From NCBI GenBank assembly GCA_964016885.1, contig OZ024742.1, positions 130,572,001 to 130,636,000 on the forward strand: DNA of 64,000 nucleotides, read 5' to 3'. The position numbers and the translations under genes are program-made. Below, in pieces: positions 47,019 to 61,575 of this stretch. Below the pieces are notes generated by a model that was not told the origin of the DNA, did no database searches, and was given only the letters and a program-made list of their open reading frames with translations. Position 1 is the stretch's first letter, and each line of letters opens with the position of its first letter. This DNA comes from Eledone cirrhosa. Its lineage: Eukaryota.

Positions 47019-48973
47019 AACACACACGCGCACGCACACGCACACGCACACGCACATTCACACTCACATATACATATAAGTATAAACGCACACATATATA
47101 TGTATAAACACATACGTATGTGTAAACACACACACAAGTATCTATATATGTATATGTGTATATATATATCTCTCTCTCTTTTTCTCTGTATATATATATA
47201 TATATATATAAGTATATAAAGCCATTCATATGTGTATAACCCATGTATATAGGTATAAACGCATACATATGGATACGAGTAAACACTCTTTATAATTTAT
47301 GTAATGACTTCGTGAACGATGAGTAATATTGATGTGAAAATAACAGTCATAAATCTCAGAAATAAATTTCTAAACACATCCCCTCTCTTCCTACTTTCCA
47401 CCAGCTATTGTGACTGTACACACGTACACACGTACACACGTACGCACGTACGCACGCACATATATACGCGCATGCGCATCACACATACACACACACACAC
47501 ACAGACACACACCGTACTTGATGTGTGTGTGTGTGCGTTGCATCTCTGTCAGTTCCGACGATGCGAGTTGCAATGTTTGAACAACAGAACAGCCTGCTCG
47601 TGAAATAAGTGGAAAGAGATACATGGTTCGATTCTCGCAGGCGTCTCCAGGTGTGTTTTACCCGACTTATTCAACTATTATTTATTGTCGGCAGTATTGG
47701 TAGAGGGTCGGACGCATAGAGTTACGGCCCTTGCCATTCTGAGTTCAAATCCCGCCGAGGTTGATTTTGCCTTTCATCCTTACGGGGTCGATAAAATAAA
47801 GTACCAGTAAAGCACTGGGTAATTGCTGGCCTTGTGCCAAAAAGTATAAACAATTAACTATTACTTATAGTTGTTCGTATTGTGGCGATTATATTTTCAA
47901 ATTTATAAGATTTTGTGTAACACAAAACAAACAAAATTCCGTCAATAATATTTTAAATGGAATTTGAAAATATAGTCACATATGACTGCATGGTCCTGTA
48001 ACTATTGAATACAGAAGGTTTCTTCCAGAGAAGGGGAGAAAGTGAGAGAGATATAAAGGAAGAATGGAATCTAGTAATAGACTGGTACTTTTTTATCGAC
48101 CTCGATAGGATGAAAGACAAAGTTAAAAGCAGCAGGATTTGATCTCAGAGAACCGGAACCACAAAGCATTCTATCCGACCTTCTAACGCCTCTGCCAATT
48201 CGCCGCCTGCAGATAACTATAGTCATAAGAAATATAGATAATAATTGAAAAAGTCGGTTAAAATGTCCCTGGAGACGGGAAAAAGTTGATAGAGGCACAT
48301 ATGATGTATTGAATCACATATGTCTCGTATGCTAATCAAGTCTTTTTTTAAGCATCAAGCTTAAATCTTCTAAAAAAGACGGTAATTTGCAGTCAGAGAC
48401 CCTTTTGACGCAATGGTTAAACGTGCTCGCCTGGCATACAAGAGATATGTGACTCGATTCCCTACACTGTTCATACCTTTTTGTATCATCAGTGTTACTC
48501 TACCTGATGTATTAAACTCCTATCAATAGTTATCAACTATTATTATAGTTATCTGCATAGTGGCGACTATTTTTTCAAATTTCAAATTTCCCAATGATTT
48601 GTAAGTCAACCTAATATTTTATCTATTTTTTCTTACGTTGCACACTATTTTCTTTGTTATTTTTTCTTTGGCTTCGATCAAACTAGAAATTCTCTTTAAA
48701 ATGAAATTAAAATATGTTAGAATAGTTTCGATAATTTATTGACGACCAATAAAATTCTATATGAGCATGTCAAAATATTACAAAACTCTCATATATCTAT
48801 AAACTCATTTCCTTCTATACCACCCCCACTACAACCATATTCATTCGTCTTTTTGTTAATTTTCTCTCATTATCTCCCCTCATTCACTATATTCGCTTGT
48901 CTATTTCAATCAACCAGTTTCTTAGTTTCTTCCACCCCACTCTAGACTTTTCCCATTCATTCCATTTATACAT

Positions 48974-49056
<83 letters not shown>

Positions 49057-52000
49057 GCTATGCCGGACTTGTTCCCCGAACTCCTCGAGGCGGTCTACGA
49101 CAACAATTGATTCCCTTCTTTAAGTATCACTTTAGAAGGAGAATCAGAGTGGAGAGAGGCACTGCACCCCAGTAAATTTACTGAAAGGTGGGTGAATGAA
49201 GCGAAAATGGCCCGAGTGATTGGGCCTTCTCTGTTTATAAGCCTGTAGGTTGAGGAAGAGAGCAAAAGGAAGAAAGGAGCACTTGCACAACACGCTCCTC
49301 GAGTTGTTCTATCGACGGGGTATTAAACAACCCATTTGTGGCGCCTCCCCCCTATTGGGGATTTCGATTGTTGAAATTGTTTGTTTTTATATTTTTTACA
49401 CGACTGTATGTAAAATAGGTGCTAATGAAAGACAAAATAACAGCACAAAAATATTCCATCGCGCCCATTCCAATAGTAGCCAAGGTGCTAGCGACGAGAA
49501 CGGCCTTGGACCAATTCTTCGACGCAAAGCATGAAGGCTGCGTTGTCAGAAGCAAAATACGTGCTCTGGGAAACGAGGGAGCCAAAGCTGTTAGCTGGGC
49601 CCGAGTGACGGAGGTGAAAAGTGGCAACAAGTCCACGATTCGGTCTTTGAAGGACCAAGACGGACGCGTGATACGTGAGCCGAAGCAGATGTGCGCAGCC
49701 TTTCAGCGGCACTTTGCTCAACTGTTCGGGCAGGGCGGCGCACCGGGAGGGGCTATGGATTTCGGTCCATACCTCGACGGCCTACCGCGACTCTCGGACA
49801 GCGAGGCAAAGTTCGGCGAAAGGCCGATTTCGGCCGCTGAGATAGCACTGAGGAAATGCGGCAAACGCAAATCTCCAGGTCTCGACGGTCTACCCTACGA
49901 ATTTTACGTAGCAATGCCGGGATTGTTCGCCGGTCTCCTGGAAGCAGTCTACTGCAACTGGCGGCAGAACGGGAGAATTCCCAGTTCTGTGACCAAGGGC
50001 GTAGTCACGTTAGTCAGGAAGGACGAGAATAAGGGGGATGACATAGGAAACTTCCGGCCCATAACTCTGCTAAACACAGAGTTACAGATTTTGGCCAAGG
50101 TGTTGGCAAAGAGGCTGGCGCTTGTCATCGAAAACCTGGTGGGAGAAGCGCAGACATGTACAATCCCGACCAGGTCCATGCACGACAACCTCCACCTCAT
50201 GCGATACATCATAGAGAGGGTAGGGTGTAAACCCGGCTTCGGTGGGTCCCTAATCAACTTGGATCAGTCTAAGGCTTTCGATAGGGTTGACCATCGTTAC
50301 CTGGATGCGGTGCTCTAGGTGGCAGGGTTCGGACCCGTGTTCAGGGGCTGGATTGCTGCAATGCACAGCAGCAACATCTGGTCAAGGGTCAAGGTGAACG
50401 GCTACCTATCGGAGCCGTTCCATATCACGCGATCCATCCGACAGGGATGCCCTCTCTCCTCCCTTCTGTACGTACTGACTCTTGAGCCACTACTGCGGAG
50501 GTTGGAGATATTGCAGCCGCCCACTTCTGCTTTTCGCAGTCCTGGTTCCCTTTGGAACCAGGACTGCGAAAAGCGGCGTCGGCCTACGCCGACGACATGA
50601 CAGTAATGGTGTCGAGCACCTCGCAAATCGGGGAGGTCGGCACCTTACCGAAAGAATACGAAAGGTTCATAGGAGCGAACGAAACCGGGACAAATCTGTC
50701 GGTTTGCAACACGGAACGTGGAGAGGCAAACCGATGCCTACCGATGGCGTCGTCGGACGCTGGACGGAAGGACCGGTAAAGCTGCTCGGGGTCTGGTTTG
50801 GTCCGGACCTCCAGGTGGAGAAGAACTGGAACGAGGTGACGTCCAAGATGTTTGCGCTCACCCAGAAGTGGGCCGAGTGCAAACTATCCTTGAAAGGTCA
50901 AGCGGAGGTGGCGAATACTTTCATAGCGTCCGTCATCTACTACAAGGTATTGGCAAAGAGGCTGGCGCTTGTCGAAAACCTGGTGGGAGAAGCGCAAACA
51001 TGCGCAATCCCGACCAGGTCCATACACGACAACCTCCACCTCATGCGATACATCATAAAGAGGGTAGGATGTAAACCCGGCTTCGGTGAGGCCATGATCA
51101 ACTTGGATCAGTCTAAGGCTTTCGATAGGGTTGACCACCGTTACCTGGATGCGGTGCTCGAGGCGGCAGGCTTCGGTCCCGTTTTCAGGGGCTGGATTGC
51201 TGCAATGCACAACACCAACAGCTGCTCAAGGGTCAAGGTGAACGGCTACTTTTCGGAGCCGTTCCATATCACGCGATCCATCCGACAGGGATGCCCTCTC
51301 TCCTCCCTTCTGTACGTACTGATTCTCGAGCCACTACTGCGGAAGTTGGAGCTATTGCAGAGCATCCCTTTGGAACCGGGACTGCGAAAGTGGGCCGAGT
51401 GCAAACTATCCTTGAAAGGTCGAGCGGAGGTGGCGAACACTTTTATAGCGTCCGTCATCTACTACTGCCTGACCGTTGTGCCTTGTCCAGCCAAAACGCT
51501 CACCAAAATGGAGCGCGCGCTCTTCCAATTCCTTTGGAAGAAACAGGCTCCTTTGGTGAGAAGATTCATCTGCTGCCAACACCCTTCAAACGGAGGGCTG
51601 GGGATGCCGTGGATGACGATGCGCAAACACGCGCTCAGGCTGCGGCACCTCCACGTATTCCTCACCAGACAACCGGTGTGGGCCCCGTTCGTGAGGCGAG
51701 CCTTCCCACGACTCGTCTCGTTGACCGAGCTGCAGACCTGGGTCAAGCAAAGACCGAGGAAAATGGGCGACTGGCATATCGAATGTGCTCAGGCGCTCAC
51801 AGTCCTCTGGAAAACGGACCCGGCGATCAGTGGAGACTCCACTTCGACATTCTATAGAGGGTTGGTCTGCAGTAGGGGCGACGACACGCTCGGAGAAACC
51901 CTAGGCGTAGAGGAGGACGAACTGGCCAGTCTGTTCGGTAGGACCTTCCGCCCGGGACCAATGGACAACTTCCAAAAGTCCCTGGCCTGGTAGTGCTACG

Positions 52001-52165
52001 GAGGAGCTCTACCAGTTCGAGACAAGCTCTACAGACACGGGCGCCCGGGTAGGGACCCTTCGAAAAAGATCTGTCCGAGATGCGTGCGCGACGAGGAAAC
52101 CGTCGCACACGCATTTGTACACTGCCCGGGCGTTACCGACCTGTGGGGCTATGTAGAACGACTAT
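49057..52165 (+). mobile_element. Mosaic Tx1-like LINE with scrambled pieces and an internal RT duplication
   Basis: After (TATC)n come an RT snippet, a 3' end, an ORF1-like snippet and then ORF2. The KVLAKRLALV...EPGLRK block is present twice (~50097-50570 and ~50944-51390). Confidence 0.9.
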
Positions 52166-52852
52166 TTTCCAAAACAGTCGAGGTAGACTCGGATGGTACA
52201 CGTGGTCTCAAATTTATTCGATTATTATTATTATCGATAGTGTTTTTCCCAGCATTCGAGGTAGACTTAGATGGTACAGGTGGTGTCAAGTTTCTTACAG
52301 GCATAGTTGTTTCAAGGCGCTGTTCGACCTGGCTGCTAGGAAGTCTAGTATCATGGCGACCTGTAGCACGTGTTGTTGATAACATCTTTGTTGTGGGGGA
52401 CTTACAATTAATAATATTTATCTTATTTTTATGTTCAACAAACGTCGCTCGTTGGTGTAACTGTTTCGCTGTGAAATAATTTAGCTCTGGGTGCATTTCG
52501 TCCCAGTGTAGCTTCATTCTATTCATATAGCCAATGGAGGGATTGTTTTTTGCCATTTTATAAGAATTAAATAAATCATCATTAAGTTCGCAACTCCAAG
52601 AGAAATGCGATTTATAATTTCGGTTTCTTCTGTAGCTACAACTGAATAAAGTTTGTTTACCTTCCTTGTTATTTGTCTTCGGTACATCCTTAATTTTGTT
52701 GTTGTGTTGTGTTCAGCCATACTGTTTGTAGCAAATCCTTGTAAAATGAATTATGTATTTAGTCGGATATCTCTACGAATTCTAATAAAAGGTGTCTTCA
52801 GAAGGGATAGTTAGAAGAATAACCAGTTATTCAACCTGACTGTAGTTGTGGC
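52166..52852 (-). mobile_element. R4/Dong-like 5' fragment fused to the Tx1 mosaic
   Basis: Reverse complement of ~19324-20040 (MAKNNPSIGYMNRM..). Confidence 0.92.
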
Positions 52853-54438
52853 GTGTATGTATTTATGTTTGTATGTACGTGTGTACATTTGTTTGTATGT
52901 ATTTATATACATGCATACGCGCCTGACCCCCTCCTCCCCTCCCTCCACACACACATATATATAAACATTTTGTTAATTTATTTGCAATCTGAAAATGTGC
53001 TAGCCACAATGCGGATAACTGTAGATAATAGTTGATAGATACAAATATATATTTATATACACTCGTATTTATATGTGCTTTTTATTATTATAAATATTTG
53101 AAAGGCGGTGGGTTGGCAGATTCGGTAGAGGTCCGGACACCATGCTTTTCAGCTTAGAGTTACGGCCCTTTACGATCTGAGATCAGATCCCGCAGAGGTT
53201 AGCTTTGTCTTTCATTCTTACGAGCTCGATAAAATAAAGTAGCAGTCACGCACTGGGGTCGATTTAATCGACTTTCCCCCCTTCCGAAAATTGCTGGCCT
53301 TGTGCCTAAATCAGAAATCATTATTATAAACATTTGAGCTGCTCTCTATGAAATTGAGCTGGCAGCTCGAGTCTGTTTTCAGCACTGACTGAAACTCTAC
53401 TAGCTAGCGAATCTTCCTTTTTCTTATATATGTAATATAAGATTGCGTGGTTAACGGTTTTTGCAGATGTTTCATGCAAGAAGTAAATTTGTTCGAGAAG
53501 TTTTGAACTTTTAATGATGTTCTATGTTCTCTAAAGAGAAAGGTTCAAATCACTTTATTCAAAATATAGGATAGGTTTTGCCGAATGTTGAATGTTTCTT
53601 TAAAACGCTTGGCAGTAATGGAGTTTAGTTAATTTAGGAAAATCGGCGAGAGGCTTGGCATTAATGGGTTTTGTTAAAGCTCTCTCTCTCTTATTGTATT
53701 CAAAAAGCTCAGTGATAATGGAATTGCTAAATTTGGATTTGACTGTTTCAGCCATTTTGTTTGCATAATTGTGTGCATGTATCTATGCGTGTGTAAGAAT
53801 GTGTATAGGCGAGATGGTCTAATTGGCAATGTCGTTAAAGGGTCGGATTAAATGCCTCAGTATTAGTTCCGGCACTCTGCGCTCTGAGATCCAATTCCAT
53901 TGATGTCAACTTTGCCTTTCATCCTTTCACAACCGATAAATAAAATACTAGTCTACAGGCGGTGCAACGGTAAAGTTGTTAAAGAAACGAACGGAATACT
54001 TTACGGCTTGTGTGTCGGATCTGTGTTCTGCGTTTGAAATTCGCCTCAACTCACCGGAAAAGCGAGATCGGCAGACAGCATCAACAATAGAGAGACCACT
54101 GTAAACACAGTGTCCTTGGTCCGATCTGACGAATTGCTCCTTTCCTTAAATACTCTACTTATAGGACATGAAATTAAATTCGCTGCTAGCATTTCGTTTC
54201 ATTTCGAAGTAGATCACTTTATAGCTTCCAAAAATATGTGTATAAGATGATTAGCGGATATTCTCTGGGGTAGACTGAAATACATTCTAAGGGAAGATTC
54301 ATTTTGCTTTATATGATGAAACTAGAAGAAAGCATCAACCAGCCAGCCAACCACTTAAAAATCACTTTGAGGCTTATGAGGTATGTATACATACACTCAC
54401 ACACGCAAAAGCGCATGTGTGCGCGTGTACATACATAC

Positions 54439-54545
<107 letters not shown>

Positions 54546-54597
54546 TATATATAATATATATATATATATATCCACATCCACACACACACACAACTAC

Positions 54598-54719
<122 letters not shown>

Positions 54720-54732
54720 GATATATTTATTA

Positions 54733-55285
54733 TCATCATCATCATTTAACCTTCGATTCCCTGCTAGCAGGGGGGTTGGACTAGGCGTCACAGTACAGAC
54801 CGAGTCACCACTCAATCTTAGTCAAGATCCCTCATATCCCTCATACATACGTTCCTAAACTCAACAGAGTGCCTTAGGAACATTTTATCGTGGCACCAGC
54901 ACTATGGAACTTATCATTTCTTTGATGCAACTAAAGAGTCCTCTCAATCCTTGGTTTGGTGAGTTTTCTGCGATAGGATACCCTTTCTATCACCAACGAA
55001 TTTAGATAATGTTCTTGGTGCGTTCTTTCTTGTCAACAACCCTAGAGGTTGTCTCCTTGACACAACTATGGAGTCTGCTAGATCATTTTTAGTGTGGTTT
55101 CTACAGCCAGATCCTTTTCTCACACCATCCACCTTACAGAGCGTATCGGGCGCTTTTTTCGTGGTAATATCACTATAAAGGCCGTGTCATGACTGAATGG
55201 TTCACTGAAAACTTTTGCCCTTCCTAACAACAATCACGTACAGAATGTATTGGGCGTGTTACATCGTTGCACCAGCCCCAGAGAG
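54733..55285 (-). mobile_element. Decayed RTE-tailed repeat with about four tandem ~125-bp units
   Basis: (TCA)n-TTTAAC..TGCTAGCA..GGTTGGAC terminus; recurring CCCTT.CT..CA..AAC...ACAGA..GT...TCGTGGCACCAGC. Confidence 0.55.
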
Positions 55286-55805
55286 GTTGACGATAATTGA
55301 TTTGACTGAAACCATTATTGTTTAGTATCCCGAATTTTTAGATCCCAAATAAATATATCTAAAGGGACATATTATTACTCATTTAATTTAACAAAAAGAT
55401 TATTTATGTTTTATAATGAGGAGTGAATTTTGCAGTATGTGGTGAGATCAATGTGGTTGATGTTCAGTTCGAATTTTTGTATGTAGACGCCTCAAGATAG
55501 CAGGTTTAAGGAGGAATTATCTTAAGAAAGTGGACGATGAAAATAGAATAGCATGCAAATCTCCCTCAAATTATAATAAACTCTCGTGAAAAAAAAAAAA
55601 AAAATGCCAATCATATAATACGGACCAGAGTATAAAATGGCTAAAAAATATAAGGAAAAAAATACGGGATGGTCATGACTAGAATGTTTGTGATCATAGA
55701 TTCGCTCGATCAGGGACGACTAGAAGATAAACATCAACGATATATAGACATACATACAGAGCCACATACATATGTACACATACATCCATAATATACATAC
55801 ATATA

Positions 55806-55914
<109 letters not shown>

Positions 55915-56361
55915 CATACACAGAAAACAGACACATACATATTCAAACTCACGCACACACATAGACTTAGACATTCTTGTCAGGAAATGGTGAAATTCTC
56001 TAGAACGCAGCAGTGGACGCTCATGCAGTTTGTCCTCGCCAAACGACGCCAAGCAGGATATGTCACGATTTGAGACATATAGACGATGGTCAAATCATAT
56101 TCTATTAAAAGAAGCTGGCACCTTTCACACGTTGACTTGTTTGAATAGGGAAGACTACACGGATATTCTAACACGTAATCTTCATCATTTTTATTTACTC
56201 GCTGACATTTCAAATGATGTATCCGTTGATGGGAAGATGTGCGGACAGAGGAAAAGAAAGAATCTTCTAGAGATAAGATGTTAGGACGACAAACTATGAT
56301 AGGTCAGTGGTAAGGGATGGTAGACCCATCGATAATAACAACAACGAGACGGGTCATAGAG

Positions 56362-56395
<34 letters not shown>

Positions 56396-56418
56396 AATAA
56401 ATAAAGAAACATATCTAT

Positions 56419-56488
<70 letters not shown>

Positions 56489-56489
<1 letters not shown>

Positions 56490-56532
56490 GTATTTGTCCC
56501 CTTCTTTTGTGCCCCTGTGGCTAATAAAGAAA
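56489..56532 (+). mobile_element. 44-bp extreme 3' end of the Tx1-like LINE inside pure (TATC)n, with a 15-bp stub at 56395-56409
   Basis: TGTATTTGTCCCCTTCTTTTGTGCCCCTGTGGCTAATAAAGAAA is identical to 28543-28586. Confidence 0.93.
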
Positions 56533-56534
56533 CA

Positions 56535-56600
<66 letters not shown>

Positions 56601-56697
56601 AATATATCTATCTATCTGTCTCTCTGTATCTCAGTCTGTCTGTCTGTCTGTATATGTATGTCCCTCTCTTTATCTGTTTTCTCTTTTTCTTCTTATT

Positions 56698-56779
<82 letters not shown>

Positions 56780-56829
56780 AGATATAAATGCACGTGCGTA
56801 TATGCTAGTACATACATGTAAACATCCAT

Positions 56830-56890
<61 letters not shown>

Positions 56891-56930
56891 CATATATATA
56901 TATGTATGTATGCATGTATGTATGTATGTA

Positions 56931-57082
56931 TGTGTCAATAATTGTCACAAGTGTAGTGTTTGTATCAGAGTTTTCAAGTCGCTGGCTGGACTAAAAAGTT
57001 ACACTCGTTCAGCGCATCGGTAGGGGTTCTCTTACATGGATATAAAGTAGTGGCCGTACTCGAAAACGAGTTGGCAGCCACC
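56931..57082 (+). mobile_element. 3' part of the RTE derivative in (TATG)n
   Basis: Matches 15531-15681. Confidence 0.9.
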
Positions 57083-57429
57083 ATGTATGTATGTATGCAT
57101 GTGTATATATGTATGTATGCATGTATGTATGTTCTTCTTTTGGGGCAAATGCATTCGTTGTTCAGAGAGTGGGATCAGCCTCGTGCAAAGCCTTTCCTCT
57201 CTTAGAAAAGCTTCAAGAACAGACACCACTTGATAGACGACATTTTTTGCGATGCATGGTATTTCTGGCCACAGGCAAGTCCCTTGCAGGATTACAAAGC
57301 CACGTCTGTGATGCTCATGCAACTTCGGTTATACTCATTATTATTATTATCATTATTGTTATTATTATTTTCTCCTAGTCCTTATAATTAATTGTTTAAC
57401 AAATTGTTTATAAACCTAGTCGAGAGTTT

Positions 57430-57815
57430 ATTCGCGGCTGCATATACATATAAACACAAGCACACACATATACATATATATGTATATGTGTATGCATATA
57501 CATATAAACACAAGCACACACATATACATATAAGCACAAACACACATATACATATATATGCACATATACATATACATATAAACACAAGCACACACATATA
57601 CATATAAGCACAAACAGATATATACATATATATGCACATATACATATACATATATATATATACATATACATATACATATACATATAAACACAAGCACACA
57701 CACATACATATATATGTATATGTGTATGCATATACATATAAGCACAAACACACACATATACATATATATGCACATATACATATACATATAAACACAAGCA
57801 CACACATATACATAT
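57430..57815. repeat. Higher-order minisatellite built from CATATA/AAACACAAGCACACA units
   Basis: CATATAAACACAAGCACACACATATACATAT recurs about five times. Confidence 0.8.
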
Positions 57816-57960
57816 GTGTATGAGTGTAGTTGCTTTGGTTTATTTAGTGGTACAAAAAAACATACATTTTTTCAATACGATCTTGTGGAAGTGTGTAGAA
57901 TCTAATATGTTTATTTATGTGCGACACACACACAGACACAGACACACACACACACACACA

Positions 57961-58129
<169 letters not shown>

Positions 58130-59622
58130 ACATACATACATACATACATACATACATACATACATACATACATACATACATACATACATAGATACATATA
58201 TAACAGAGACCCTTTCCTTTAACCCATCTCTGGAATAGGACAGGTGACAGTTGATTTAAGCACTTTACACCAGTTGCACTGCTTGTATCCCTTCAAACAC
58301 CGACACAGATAAAAGTCATTCCAGTTCATTACAACCAATTGGTGTATACAGGCAACTGAATGAAGCCCTGTCAAGGGAAATATAACACGTGTTTATCTCG
58401 CACATAAATAAACATATATACTGCCTGTTGCCCATAAAATCTGTTCTGCGTTTTTTTCCTTAGACATTATGATAACATGTAGGTAGTATTGGAATTGGAA
58501 TCTCTCAAGTTGTAGATGTAGCGGCTCTATCAAGAGTGACTTTCTGGTCTTCGAGCTACGCTCTCTATCGAAATCTCTCACTAACAAGTATAATATGTAA
58601 TGAGATGATTCGATTTATCATGCTGATCGAGGAACTGATCGACAGATCCGACGAGTCGTATGGATGCGGAGATACAGAGTACATTGACAAAGTACAGAGT
58701 ACATAGACACTATTGCACGAATATCTAAGATGAAAACAAAAAAAAAATGAAGACATTATATTTTTCTAACACATGTTTCTACAAAATGAGTACACAAAAT
58801 AAAGCATTGCTCAAGCCCCATAATTCATATATAGATGTATCTATATATGTGTGTGTTGACTCGAAGAATTATGCATTTTCTAAAACATTAATTATGCTTA
58901 TTCTTGTGTTATCAGAGAATTTATAAAATATTTAGAAAAGCCATGTCAGTGAAAAACATCCCTATATCACAACAACAATAATGTTCAGATTATATTATAT
59001 TCTAACATCTATACAGGAATAATAGAGCTTGAGCAAGATTTTTTCACATTTTTCTTTCCTCTCATTTTTTTTCTGCTCATCCTTGAACAAAAATATATTA
59101 GAAAAATAAAAAGTCTTAAATGTTTCACTTTGGTTATTGGTGCATTATTATTATTAAGGGCGGTGAATTGGCAGTATCTGTAGAGGGTCGGACGCCATGC
59201 TTTGCAGCATAGAGTTATGGCCCTTTATGATCTGAGTTCAAATCTCGCCGAGGTTAACTTTGCCTTACGAGATCAATAAAATAAAGTACCAGTAACGTGC
59301 TGCGGTCGATTTAGTCGACTTTCCTCTCCTCACAAATTACTGGCCTTGTGCCTATACTAGAAATCATTACTAAGGGCAGTGGATTGGCAGTATCGGTAGA
59401 GTGTCAGACACCATGCTGTGCAGCATAGAGTTATGGCCCTTTGCGTTCTGAGTTCAAATCCCACCGAGGTTAACTTTGCCTTTCATCCTTACGGGGTCGA
59501 TAAAATAAAGCACCAGCAACGCACTAGGTTCGATTTAATCGACTTCCCCTCCCCCCAAATCGCTGGCCTTGTGCCTATATAAGAAACCATTATTATTACC
59601 ATATATGTGTGTGTTTATATAT

Positions 59623-59674
<52 letters not shown>

Positions 59675-61404
59675 GTACATAATTCTATATGCAGTTAATG
59701 TCATTGTTAGGACTCCATATTAATAATATATAAGAAATCTGAATTACTATAACATGTTTTTTCCTTTAAAATTTTATCAAATCAACAAACAAAGACGGTA
59801 GATCGCTAAGCGCAGAAAACACTTATAATATACTGCATCTGACAGCTTTATTTTGTTGGCGGCATAGGAATATCGGAAGTTAAGACTGTTAACAAATAGC
59901 AGTTAGAATATTTTTATAGACACCAAAATGGCGGTGAGCAACTGAGCTATTGTTAGTAGCTTCGTAGAGCAAGTGTTTGTTCGTAATCTTTCATAGTCAG
60001 TCTTGTATCTTTTATACATGTATATTATACATACACATACAGCTCGAGGAATTTCTGTTAATCAGATTGTTATGCTATAAATTGTATTGCATATCTTCTG
60101 CAATCTGGGTCATATACTATTACTATATCAGAATCCAAAGGAGTCTCTTGCTTATGATGTCTGCAGTCGATCCTTAACCTCAGTTGGTAAAATCAGCACC
60201 AAATACCAGAAATGTCTCCAGGTTATTTCCCCTTTCAAATTAAGGGTTCACCGTACGGGTTGTATAACAGATTTCATACTCGTCACAAGGTTCCTTTTGA
60301 GATAATGTTCTGCAGTCGAATGTCCTTCCTGTTTCAAACCCTTTGAGTCGCATCTTTTGACACGCTGGTATGTGGTGTTCCTATTCTAAACCGAATACAC
60401 ACAGCAACACATTACTCCAATACATAAACCATAACACGTCATGCGTGACTGTATGTATATCTATATATCTTTCTGTAACTCTTTAAAATGTACACACAAA
60501 CATATAGACACATACACACAATACATTTCCTATCCCAGTCATGTTTCTACAATAAGAAGTTCGGTTTCTAATCACAAGAGCTTCACTTTTAACTCTATAT
60601 TTGTCCTTATGAACAATTATTTCTCCGAAGGTACACATTTAATCCTGCATGTCTTATGTGTATTTATGCAATTAATTATATCCCAGAAATAAATTATTAA
60701 AATAATTTTATCTTTAATCACTTCCACTTGTTAGAATCAACATAAACTATAGAATTTTTCTTGTGCAAATCATTAGTTTATCAAAACACAAAATGCCCTA
60801 TTTTGTATGATTGTTCATATTTTAAATAATTCTGGTATATATGGCGCACCAATGCTGGACACCAAACACGGTGGATTGGCAGTATCGGTAGAGGGTCGGA
60901 CGCCATGCTTTGCAGCATAGAGTTACGCCCCTTTGCGGTCTGAGTTCAAATCCCGCCGAGGTAAACTGCCTTTCATCCTTACGGGGTCGATAAAATAAAG
61001 TACCAGTAATACACTGGGGTAATTGGTATTGTGCCAAACGAAGAAACAATTATTATTAACAGCACCGAGGTTAACTTTGCCTTTCATTCTTACGGGGTCA
61101 ATAAAATAAAGTACCAGTAATGCACTGGGATAATTGCTGGCCTTGTGCCAAAAGTAGAAACAATTATTATTAACAGCACTGATCCACTAGTTAAATTCTA
61201 TAAAGAAGCTTTTTATATACACCCATTCCTCGTTGCCTTAGTTCGGTTATTTATAATTGTATCTATATTGGTACAAGGCCCGCAATTTGAAGGGAAGGGG
61301 AAAGTCGATTTATTCAACACCAGTCTATTACTTGATAAAAGTTGAGCGAGAGGATGGTTTTTGAATTTGAAAGTTAAAACCATCAACGTTGTTTGATTGC
61401 GGTT

Positions 61405-61575
61405 GTACTCTTGGCAGTGGAGACTTCTGGTGTCCTCGGCCCTAGGGCTACCTCTCTACTCACCCTCATAGGTGCTGAGCTGGCCAGCCGCAGGTGCGAG
61501 CCTCGCGAGTTGGAATGGCTTTTCCAGCGCGTCTCCCTTGCCGTCCTCTGGGGAAATCCTTCTCCATTCTGTCTG
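61405..61575 (+). mobile_element. CRE-clade-like retrotransposon RLE C-terminus
   Basis: LAVETSGVLGPRATSLL..IG..EPRELEWLFQRVSLAVLWGN resembles CRE-type C-termini (ET.G..G...QR.S.A...GN). Confidence 0.75.

Noticed and set aside
56030-56284. Tc1-like transposase fragment (LNREDYTDIL..NL)
   Set aside because: One weak motif only, without DDE residues or TIRs.
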